Origin: a virus
Length of the DNA stretch: 64,000 bases
IMG/VR virus record: IMGVR_UViG_3300026382_000002
Coordinates: 1-64,000 of that record
Direction: 5' to 3' (one strand)
The position numbers and the translations under genes are program-made. The notes under the pieces are model-generated. The model was not told the DNA's origin and searched no databases. It worked only from the letters and a program-made list of their open reading frames with translations. Each line of letters starts with the position of its first letter. Positions within the stretch are counted from its first letter, which is position 1. This document shows positions 25,842-34,585 of this stretch, one piece after another.

Positions 25842-27562
25842 TTAACAGGCTCCACTTTTTTTTCTAAATCAGGCTTCTTGGTTTTAGGAGGTTCTTTAAT
25901 GTTCAGTGGGGTTTTAATGTTTTTATTATTTAATTCTTTCTTTAAAGCTTTTCCACAATCTATTTTTCCTGTTGCTACACCATTCATAATTTCATCAATC
26001 ACATTATACAACTTCTCATCATATCTACCGCTGTAGCTTAAAGTTGTACTTACTGCTCCTCTTTGTATTGTGTGATTTATTTCAGTTACGAAATATGACT
26101 CATCACCAATTTTGTACCATTTGTAAGGTTCGGTTATATCTGGTCTAAATGTAAGTTCAATTGTTCCTGTGTGCATGTTTTGAAAAAATGTTTTAAACGC
26201 AAACGAAGAATAATATTTCCATATCTTGCTAAAATTGCTATCTATCTTACTAAACAAAACTTTTTTATTTTCTTCTAGATATTCTGGAACTAGTAGATTT
26301 GGTACCTCATACACTTCTATCTTAAATACAGGAAGGTCTTTTATCTGGGATAAAGCCTTTACCACTTGAGAAACAAAAACTTCACTACATTTTGTTGCTA
26401 TAGAGCTTAAAGCCATATTTTTGAAATCTATTTGAGGTATTATTACAGATGGTATATTTATTTTTGGTTCTTCCATTGTTATAGAATTAACATCGTCGTA
26501 TGATATTTCAATATTAGATATAGTGTCCCCGTCATAAAACATAAATCTTGGAGGTTCTAAAGAATACTCATTCCCATTAAAATACAATTCCAAACCAAAC
26601 ATAGGTAATATTTGTGCTAATATAGTTCCTACTGAAAATATGCCACCATTAAGCCACTGCTCACTTATGTTATTATAAAAAACATTAACGAAGTTTCCAT
26701 ACACTTCAGAACTTCCCTCTTGCAGTATTTTAACTAATGCCGACTTTGTTTGTTTGTCGCCAACTATATTTAATTCGTTGCCTATCATTGCTTTTACAAA
26801 AGCAGCCACATCCCCTTTTCCTATAGTTGTTGTAATGATGTGGTAAAAATCCTCCTTTGTCCAAAACACTATTTTTTCATTATTTGCATCTCCTATAGCG
26901 TTTATAAATTCAGAGTTTTTTCTAGATATTGTTGAAATGATAACTGTTTTTTGAATTATTAGGCTTAGTGGGTCACTAAATGAATTTGTATATGAAGACA
27001 TTGTTCTACTTACGTTTTTACCTTTGCCTATAAGTTTTGAGGCTTTATTTCCTAAAACATAAGGTTTATTATCGTATGTAAATTTAACCTCAGGTGAAGT
27101 TATATCATATTTGCTTGCTATAGAGATATTAAATCCTGTTCCTATATTTGATATGTAGGTTGTCCTATAGTTTACATTGTAATAGTCATCAAGTCCTCTT
27201 AAGATATGTATTCCGTTAGATAATTCTATTTTAGATTCTGGAGTAGAGTCTTCGCCAATTGCGGAAATAGATACAACAGAATATGGTATTGAGGAGTACT
27301 GAGAGATTGTTACATTTTCTGCTTTTGCTTGACCTGCAAATTCTTCACTAAAAACTTTAATATAATCATCTTCATTAAATTCGTCAATATTAGTAGTATA
27401 CACCATTAAATTAAGATTTTTTACATTGAATCCGAAATCTATTATCTGTTTTTTACCGCTAATTGGAGATAATACTTCTACACTTCTGCTTGTAGTAGAC
27501 TCGTTCCTAGTTACAACATTTATTTTATTTTCAATAAGTTCTTGAGTAACAACATCAGCCAT
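25838..27562 (-). CDS. Hypothetical baseplate/hub-region protein
   Basis: 574 aa. The call rests only on position, two genes downstream of the tape measure. Confidence 0.45.
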   Translation of the reverse strand: MADVVTQELIENKINVVTRNESTTSRSVEVLSPISGKKQIIDFGFNVKNLNLMVYTTNIDEFNEDDYIKVFSEEFAGQAKAENVTISQYSSIPYSVVSISAIGEDSTPESKIELSNGIHILRGLDDYYNVNYRTTYISNIGTGFNISIASKYDITSPEVKFTYDNKPYVLGNKASKLIGKGKNVSRTMSSYTNSFSDPLSLIIQKTVIISTISRKNSEFINAIGDANNEKIVFWTKEDFYHIITTTIGKGDVAAFVKAMIGNELNIVGDKQTKSALVKILQEGSSEVYGNFVNVFYNNISEQWLNGGIFSVGTILAQILPMFGLELYFNGNEYSLEPPRFMFYDGDTISNIEISYDDVNSITMEEPKINIPSVIIPQIDFKNMALSSIATKCSEVFVSQVVKALSQIKDLPVFKIEVYEVPNLLVPEYLEENKKVLFSKIDSNFSKIWKYYSSFAFKTFFQNMHTGTIELTFRPDITEPYKWYKIGDESYFVTEINHTIQRGAVSTTLSYSGRYDEKLYNVIDEIMNGVATGKIDCGKALKKELNNKNIKTPLNIKEPPKTKKPDLEKKVEPVK

Positions 27563-27882
27563 TACATTACTCCGAGAATTGTAGTAGTTTTAAGTATATT
27601 TGGATTTGCAGATTCTCCCCCCTCTTTAACAATACCATAACTAGATGTTATATAAGGACCAGTGAATTCTGAAGAAAAAACCTTGCCGGCGGGCGTATTA
27701 AAACTATTTGTTGCTAACACTGTGGCTTCTACTATTCCGCCTTTAACTTTGATATCGTCTCTTATTTTTTGATTTCCATTAATTGGAGAATCTATGGGTA
27801 TTTCAACAGTCTTTGTGACATTTTTGCTGATTACGATTGAACATTTTTCAGTTGTCCCTATTTTAGTAGTTATTGTTCCCAT
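27562..27882 (-). CDS. Small hypothetical tail protein (106 aa)
   Basis: ORF coupled by ATGA-type overlaps to both the tape measure gene and the 574-aa gene. Confidence 0.5.
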   Translation of the reverse strand: MGTITTKIGTTEKCSIVISKNVTKTVEIPIDSPINGNQKIRDDIKVKGGIVEATVLATNSFNTPAGKVFSSEFTGPYITSSYGIVKEGGESANPNILKTTTILGVM

Positions 27883-30800
27883 TATTTTTCTCCTGCTATA
27901 ATTTTAGTACTATTTGCTATATCTTTTAAATAATCATTATTTTTATGCAGTATTGTAATCATAGCAGTTTCTTTATCTGACCTGCTTAAATTATTTATTT
28001 TTTTAACAAACTCAAGAGACTCTTTATCGTTCATACCAAGCATCTTAGGCATTTCTGTCATTCTTTGAATCTTCTCCAATTCTCTGAGAGACATAAATCC
28101 TTGATGGTTTTTTTCTCTGTATTTATTTATTTCATCTAATGCTGCTGTAGGCGACTTAATCCATTTCCTTATTATATCTTTTTTTTGCTTTTCACCCAAG
28201 TAGTCCATCCCCATTAAATGAAACATATTGTTTATATTCTCTTTTGCTTCTTTTGCTGTTTCTATTTTTGCATATTGATAATACTTACCTCTTTTATCTT
28301 CATCATCATCTTTAGTAGCAAACAAAAATCTTGCCATCGCTTTTGTAATTTTTGTCTTCTCTTTTTTGTCCTGAATAAAATCCAGTGCACTTATCATTTG
28401 CTCTTTATCGCCGCTTTCTATTGCGGATTCTAATATCTTCACTGTTCCTTTTGATATTTTAGCCCCGTGAATTGTTCCATATAGCTCTCTACCTATATTT
28501 ACTCTATGTTTATCTTCTTTTGTAGTAAATAAACCATCGAACGTACCCAGCTCTTTTTGGTTTATTGCGTTTATATAACCTTGGTCAGCCTCAGTTAACG
28601 ATTGTTTTAGTTCTTCAAAATCTTCTTGCCCCAAAGCATAACTTTTTTTGAGCTGCTTTTTAAATTCGTGCATTTTGCCTTCCATAGCTAATTTTAAAAG
28701 TTGCTGTTTCTGATAATCTTTGTTGGCAACAGTTTTGTAGGTTTCACTTATTTTAGGAATAATAGCTTTGTATTTATTATAATCGATTCCTTTTTTCTTT
28801 AATATATCAACAAATTCTCCCTTACCCCCTTCTTTTTGCCAATTGTAATATTGATTTGCTATTTCCATAGCCTTGTCTAACTGTGTGCCAGTTATCCCTG
28901 CTTTATTAAACTTATATAAGGATTCAACTTGAAATCTACCTTTTATACCCTTAGATGTTATGTATTTAGAATATTCCTTATGGTTAGCTAACATTCTTGG
29001 TAATGAATATTCTTTTGTAAATACTAGAGGTTTCCATCCCCCTATATCTTTTTGTAGAAAATCTCTCTCAAATTCTATATGGTACAAATTTTTAAAGTAT
29101 TGGTATGGAGAAGATACGTTATTTTTTAACCATTCCTTTTTATACATATATTTGATTGCATTTTTATCAAATATATTATATAGAGCGCTGTCTTCGGCAT
29201 AATCCTCCGCTTTTTTAAGTCCTTTATTTATTTCTTCTTCTGAAAGAGGTTTTATGTTAGTGTTTGCTGAATATTTGAGAAGATTCTGGAGATACTCTTG
29301 AAAGGTTTTTGCTCCTGTTAAATATTTAAAATCATTGCTTCTTCTGAAAAAAGCATATTTGTTGTACTTGTCTCCTTTGAACTTCAAGGATTGTTCCATT
29401 CTTTTTACTTTATCAAAAATTTCTTCGCCTGATGAGCCTCCCCACCATTCAGTTAAATCGTTCTCCACACCTCTCCACCATCTTGATATTGTGTTTATAA
29501 CACCAGTATCTTGTTTGTATTTTATCCCTTGATTAGCTATAGTGGTAAGTCTTTTTTTGTAGTTTGCTACCTCTGATTGTTTATCTAACATTGACCAGTC
29601 CCCAAAAATAAGCCTATTTTGAACTAAAGGCTTTACAGCAGACAGTTCTTTTGAACTTAAATGAGCTACTTGCTGCAAATTAAATAATACATTTTCGGCG
29701 GTTACTTTTTTTCCTTTTTCTTTTAAGTTCCTTATAACATTATCTATAAGCTGCTGGGACTGTGTTCTCCTTATGTGAAGATTGCCAACTTCTGGATTTT
29801 CCTGGACAACAGTTGCCAACAAGTCTTTATTGTAATAAATTTTATTAAAATCTTTAATAGATTTGCTGTATTGCATCACTAAATCATTTTTTTCTTGAGG
29901 AGACATTGCCTGCATTTTGTTAAATGCTTTTTGTAATGATATTTTATTTTTTTTTGCATAAATCATAGATAAATATATATCTTTATTAGTATCAACACCA
30001 AATATATTGTGAAGCGCTAATTCTGACTTTTGATTAGCAGAAGTATATGCAGACATCTGTTCCTGCCTATTTGTTAAATAATTAGAACTAAATGGTCCTC
30101 TTGATAAATAATTCATCTGATACAATTGAGAAAACATTTGTTTTGCAACTATTCTTCTATCAATAGATAAAGGGTTTTGTTGTGATGTAGCCAAACCTAT
30201 TGTCTGCTCTATTATATTTTTACTTATTCCAGACATATCAGAGGCTATTTTCATTGACTTCATTATGTCAAATGATTGAGACCTAGTAAACCCCAAACTT
30301 CTGTATTTTGCTAATCCTTCTAGAAGTTTGGAAGGGTTTGTTTCTCCTAAAAACTCGGCTAAATCACGCACTCTATCCTTTAACATTTTGGTTACTTGTT
30401 TGAATTTATGCTCAGAATTAACGTCGTTCATAAAACCAAATTTGCTAAATTTTAACATCATATCTTGGATATCATCCGCACTAAACATGGTATCTTCAAC
30501 CCCAAGCTTCCTTATGTACTTAGATATGTTCTTTACCTGTTTAGACGAAAGGCCCACATCTAATCCATTTTCACCTAACATATTTGATGTAATAATGTTT
30601 ACTTTTTGGTTTTGAGCAAATATCTTTCTCATGTTTTTCTTATATTTATCTGCAGCGTATTCAATACCAAAACCAATTGGTATTCCAGCCCACCCACCCA
30701 GAAACATTGAACCTACTTGTCCTGCAGTAGCAATAGCAGACACTCCAAATTCGCTTGCTTCAAGAGAATGCTGCTGTTTTGCGGCAAGAGAAGAATAGAC

Positions 30801-31052
30801 GTTATTCATACCTATTCTTCTTGTCGTTCCAAGAGATTGCAATATATAATCTTTTACACCATATTCATAAGTTGCGTAAGGATGGTTTAAATATTGAACA
30901 TTGCCCGTCATATTGTATCCGGTGCTTATATTGTTCATAAAAAATGGATTATACCCAATCATGCTGTTGAATAAATGCTGACCATTTTGTTTTTTCATTA
31001 AAGCATATAGGTAGAATGGGTTATTTAAATCTATTCCTCCGTAATTATCCAT
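27882..31052 (-). CDS. Tape measure protein candidate
   Basis: 1056 aa, mostly helical and K/E/Q-rich, with a hydrophobic Gly-rich segment (GQVGSMFLGGWAGIPIGFGIEY). It follows the chaperone/frameshift pair directly. Confidence 0.65.
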   Translation of the reverse strand: MDNYGGIDLNNPFYLYALMKKQNGQHLFNSMIGYNPFFMNNISTGYNMTGNVQYLNHPYATYEYGVKDYILQSLGTTRRIGMNNVYSSLAAKQQHSLEASEFGVSAIATAGQVGSMFLGGWAGIPIGFGIEYAADKYKKNMRKIFAQNQKVNIITSNMLGENGLDVGLSSKQVKNISKYIRKLGVEDTMFSADDIQDMMLKFSKFGFMNDVNSEHKFKQVTKMLKDRVRDLAEFLGETNPSKLLEGLAKYRSLGFTRSQSFDIMKSMKIASDMSGISKNIIEQTIGLATSQQNPLSIDRRIVAKQMFSQLYQMNYLSRGPFSSNYLTNRQEQMSAYTSANQKSELALHNIFGVDTNKDIYLSMIYAKKNKISLQKAFNKMQAMSPQEKNDLVMQYSKSIKDFNKIYYNKDLLATVVQENPEVGNLHIRRTQSQQLIDNVIRNLKEKGKKVTAENVLFNLQQVAHLSSKELSAVKPLVQNRLIFGDWSMLDKQSEVANYKKRLTTIANQGIKYKQDTGVINTISRWWRGVENDLTEWWGGSSGEEIFDKVKRMEQSLKFKGDKYNKYAFFRRSNDFKYLTGAKTFQEYLQNLLKYSANTNIKPLSEEEINKGLKKAEDYAEDSALYNIFDKNAIKYMYKKEWLKNNVSSPYQYFKNLYHIEFERDFLQKDIGGWKPLVFTKEYSLPRMLANHKEYSKYITSKGIKGRFQVESLYKFNKAGITGTQLDKAMEIANQYYNWQKEGGKGEFVDILKKKGIDYNKYKAIIPKISETYKTVANKDYQKQQLLKLAMEGKMHEFKKQLKKSYALGQEDFEELKQSLTEADQGYINAINQKELGTFDGLFTTKEDKHRVNIGRELYGTIHGAKISKGTVKILESAIESGDKEQMISALDFIQDKKEKTKITKAMARFLFATKDDDEDKRGKYYQYAKIETAKEAKENINNMFHLMGMDYLGEKQKKDIIRKWIKSPTAALDEINKYREKNHQGFMSLRELEKIQRMTEMPKMLGMNDKESLEFVKKINNLSRSDKETAMITILHKNNDYLKDIANSTKIIAGEK

Positions 31053-31065
31053 TGCTTAACCTTAT

Positions 31066-31988
31066 TTATTTTTTTAGAAATTGCAATCCTATTTCAATAT
31101 CTTCATTTTTGTTGTTTGAATCGTCTTCAAAAACAGGAAACAATTCTTTATACAATTCTTCTAACCTTTTAGTGATTATATCAAAATTGTTTGATTTTAT
31201 ATCAAAAACATTTGACAAGACAAGAAGTTGAGTTTGAAGAAAATTGATTCTTTTTTCTTTTGTTGTTTTTATCTGTTGAGCAAAAAAACATAATTTCCGT
31301 ATTGTTTTATTGTTTGAATGCTTATTGCCAAAAAAGAGTATATAATCTAATATATACTCATTTAAGACAAAAAATCCATCACATCCTCTCTGCCTAGAAT
31401 ATATACAAATTTGTGAAATTTTGCCGCCTCTTGACTTAACAGTTGATAAATAGGTAAAGGTATTGTGGACTCTATTTTCTGTGCCTTACATTTTAAAATA
31501 GCAATTTCCTTCTCTATCGGGTCCATACTTTCTATATCTATATTTTTATCTTTTAAAATTTTTAAACATTCTTCGTTTAAGTTTTTACCTTTAAACGAAA
31601 CCAATATTGAGGCAATTGTTAAAAGATTGTATGTGAAATCAAATCTATTTAGGGAAAGAGAGTATTTATCTTCCATTATTGCATATACTGCATCAGTAGT
31701 GGCCGGCAAAGGTGCTTTAAATTTAAATATTAATTTTCCATCCATAAATGATAACTCTTCTTCATAGGTCTCCGTATCTATAAGCTGTATAATAGCATTA
31801 TATACATCATCTTTCGTTTTCCCTATTTCCTTCAATATTTCATCTATGGGTTTATTTAACTCTTCAAGCATTTTTTCCTGTTGTGTTTTTGTTTCATCTA
31901 ATACATTTGTATTTTTATCTTCAACATTTTCTTCTTTTTCCTCAGTAAACATATTTTCATTTATTAATGCTTTTACTTGTTCTTCCAC
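31066..31988 (-). CDS. Candidate -1 frameshift fusion product of the tail assembly chaperone (GT-like, about 307 aa)
   Basis: The -1 frame relative to 31362..31988 stays open from 31485 down to stop 31066-31068. The slippery heptamer T_TTT_TTG (31374->31368) lies two codons before the 0-frame stop. The extension ends 14 nt upstream of the tape measure ATG. Confidence 0.45.
31362..31988 (-). CDS. Tail assembly chaperone candidate (G-like)
   Basis: 208-aa acidic protein immediately upstream of the tape measure gene, with a frameshift-compatible 3' end. Confidence 0.55.
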   Translation of the reverse strand: MEEQVKALINENMFTEEKEENVEDKNTNVLDETKTQQEKMLEELNKPIDEILKEIGKTKDDVYNAIIQLIDTETYEEELSFMDGKLIFKFKAPLPATTDAVYAIMEDKYSLSLNRFDFTYNLLTIASILVSFKGKNLNEECLKILKDKNIDIESMDPIEKEIAILKCKAQKIESTIPLPIYQLLSQEAAKFHKFVYILGREDVMDFLS

Positions 31989-31989
31989 T

Positions 31990-32415
31990 TTATCTCCTTT
32001 GTTTGTAATCTTCTAAAATTGAAGCGCATATCAAATTATACACTACATTACGCATATTTTCAATAGGTGATATTCCAGAGACATAAAACCTAGTATCGTA
32101 TGTTACAATCATATTTCCATATAATGAAATGTTAGTTTCTTCTATATCTATAAGCTTTGAATAAATATCAATTAATTTTTCATAATATTCTAAATGATTG
32201 TTTTTTATAAAATTAAAATCTAGGTAAGATATTTTCCCATCAATAAGTTGCGCTCCGCAAATATAATTTGCAATCTTTATTTTATTTTTCTGATTATTTA
32301 AGTCATATTCAATATTTCCGGTTATAGTAAGAGCTGTCTTAACTTGCAAAGAATGGAAAGAGTGCGTTCCGTTAAATGCTCCATTTATTTCCGGATTATG
32401 CATTTTTACTAGCAT
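31990..32415 (-). CDS. Hypothetical tail protein (141 aa)
   Basis: ORF in the tail operon between the spike and the chaperone. No motif recognised. Confidence 0.5.
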   Translation of the reverse strand: MLVKMHNPEINGAFNGTHSFHSLQVKTALTITGNIEYDLNNQKNKIKIANYICGAQLIDGKISYLDFNFIKNNHLEYYEKLIDIYSKLIDIEETNISLYGNMIVTYDTRFYVSGISPIENMRNVVYNLICASILEDYKQRR

Positions 32416-34244
32416 CTACAATATCCTGGTATAGAAATTTCTTCTCCGTTTAGGGATAAAACATTAGGATTTACAAATATACCACTACTGTTAATATTGT
32501 CAGAAGAATATAAAGCAACTGATTTAGTTCCATATGACACTATATTGTCAGCTTTAAATAGAGCAGTAGTACCAGTTATATATATACTTTTACTATTTAA
32601 TACAATATTACTATTGTTAGTTACATACAACATTCCCTTAAATATAGAATTATTAGACACTTGTAATTTATCTACACTTAATAGAGAGTCTTGAGCAACA
32701 ACGTTTTGAACTTTCTCAAAAAGAATATTTTTAAATCCGTTATATACGATAGAATTATTTGTGATAGTTATTGAAAAGTCATATTGTCCTATTTTGCCTG
32801 ATAAATAAAAAGGGCTATGGATATTTTGTATCATAGTTATTTTATCTGTTCCCTGTGTTATTGTCACCATTTTACCAATTATATTTTCTGAATTATCCAT
32901 TTTGCTATAGTCTTCATACACAAATCCATATTTTGCTTTAATATACGGGACCTCTTCCATCCTTACGGTTTTTATATTGCAATCATCACATACTTCTTGT
33001 TTATAGTAAGTGTTTAATTCCGTATTTTTAAAATATGTCCATTTTTTGTGTGAAAGAGCGAGAAAGTTATTTATTTCCTCATTGCTATATGTTTTTGTTA
33101 TCTTATATGAACCATCGGTATATGGGTAGTTGTATTCTTCATATGCCGTTTCCCATATAGTGGACATTGTGTCAGCTGCAGTTATTATATTATTCGAATA
33201 TTCTATCGAGTAATCAGTAGAAATATCTGTTTTCTGAAATGCATATTTGTTAATTTTTCCATCAATTGTTTCAGTTTCTATGATTGTGCATTCAAATTTA
33301 GAGGCGTTTATTTGGAGTGTAGGAATTTTTCCTATTAAAACTTCTTCGTTTATAAAAGGTTTTATCTTATCTATCATATTTTCATTTATTCCACCGCCTA
33401 TTTGAACTTGTGATGAAAAAGAATTTTTGCGATTTATATATTGGTGCGAGACTATGTTTTTTTGTTTGGCTTCAAACTGTGTTTTTTTAAAAACGATTTT
33501 ACAATATACTGTGTTTTCATCTAATAAAAAAGGAAAGTCGGTAGTGCTTATTTTGTAATCTGCTAATGCAGTAATTACATCTCCTTTAATTTCTATCATA
33601 TATGGAATTTTATTTTTGTAAAAAAACTCTACTTTATAAGCATTTGAAGCATCTGGATTTTCTTTTAAAGTTATAAAACTTTTATTGTTAAACAATTGGA
33701 ATGTTATTGCCTTTGCGACACCATACAAGTCGCTAAAAGTTGTTATAAGTCTTGTAATGCCGGAGAATATATGAAAGGCTTCTTCCTTAATTCTGTAACC
33801 AGTTAATTTAATATGTTTAACTATATCACCCTTATCTTTCTTAATATGAAATTCTTGTAAATATTCAACTTTGTCAAGAGTTTCAACATTAACATTTTCC
33901 TCTTTTAAAATATCCTTCATACTTAACGAATCGGGGTCATAAACGAAACGAGTATCTCTTTTAAAATCTATATTGGCCTTTCCTAAGATATGATATATGC
34001 CCTCAACTTTAACAACCAAAACAATATCATTTATTTTTATAGATGACTCATAAGAAGCTGGTATTGAAAATTCTGAATCATGGTGAAAACTATAAAGAGT
34101 AATAGTATCATATGTGGTGTCAATGTCGGTAACAACACATATAAAACTATTCTCAGAATTTGATTTGGCTTTATTAAAAAAAGCTGGAGAAAGAGTATCG
34201 ATATACCCTTCTCTTTTAAGTAATTTTTTGAGTCGTTTAAACAC
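32409..34244 (-). CDS. Central spike / gpV-gp5-like protein candidate
   Basis: The N-terminus (ICVVTDIDTTYDTITLYS...IKINDIVLVVKVEGIYHILGK) resembles the OB-fold of baseplate spike proteins. The C-terminus is a repetitive beta-helix-like N/S-rich region. Confidence 0.45.
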   Translation of the reverse strand: MFKRLKKLLKREGYIDTLSPAFFNKAKSNSENSFICVVTDIDTTYDTITLYSFHHDSEFSIPASYESSIKINDIVLVVKVEGIYHILGKANIDFKRDTRFVYDPDSLSMKDILKEENVNVETLDKVEYLQEFHIKKDKGDIVKHIKLTGYRIKEEAFHIFSGITRLITTFSDLYGVAKAITFQLFNNKSFITLKENPDASNAYKVEFFYKNKIPYMIEIKGDVITALADYKISTTDFPFLLDENTVYCKIVFKKTQFEAKQKNIVSHQYINRKNSFSSQVQIGGGINENMIDKIKPFINEEVLIGKIPTLQINASKFECTIIETETIDGKINKYAFQKTDISTDYSIEYSNNIITAADTMSTIWETAYEEYNYPYTDGSYKITKTYSNEEINNFLALSHKKWTYFKNTELNTYYKQEVCDDCNIKTVRMEEVPYIKAKYGFVYEDYSKMDNSENIIGKMVTITQGTDKITMIQNIHSPFYLSGKIGQYDFSITITNNSIVYNGFKNILFEKVQNVVAQDSLLSVDKLQVSNNSIFKGMLYVTNNSNIVLNSKSIYITGTTALFKADNIVSYGTKSVALYSSDNINSSGIFVNPNVLSLNGEEISIPGYCRC

Positions 34245-34573
34245 TAAGTACTCTTTTTACCTACAATAGTTAAATCCTCAACAACATAAGCCTGTCCTGA
34301 TGAGGCTTGGTATCCATATTTTACAACTGCTGAATCAATTGTTAAGGCAGGAACCTTAGCCAATGCAAAGCTTGAAACATCAGATGTGTATTGCCCTTCT
34401 TCAAATAATGCTTTCTGAATTGAAACCTGCGCTAACGCTTCAATCTCAACAACACAATTAATTTTTGACTCTCCAGCCTGATAGATAGGCTGTGAGTCAT
34501 TTCCGTGCATTACATTAAATCCGATTATAACGCTATTACATGTTTTGTCGGTGCTTAAGTTAATAGTTGCCAT
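34244..34573 (-). CDS. Small tail protein directly downstream of the sheath (tube candidate by position only)
   Basis: 109 aa. It uses the same AAAGGATAACAAATGGCA initiation region as the sheath gene. It is short for a tube protein. Confidence 0.35.
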   Translation of the reverse strand: MATINLSTDKTCNSVIIGFNVMHGNDSQPIYQAGESKINCVVEIEALAQVSIQKALFEEGQYTSDVSSFALAKVPALTIDSAVVKYGYQASSGQAYVVEDLTIVGKKST

Positions 34574-34585
34574 TTGTTATCCTTT

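Noticed and set aside
31053-31361. Free-standing non-coding RNA or small gene in the gap upstream of the tape measure gene
   Set aside because: The only internal starts are TTG codons, giving at most 50 aa. The frame is open far upstream of them and is exactly -1 relative to the chaperone gene, next to a slippery heptamer. A frameshift extension is the simpler explanation, though an RNA is not excluded.
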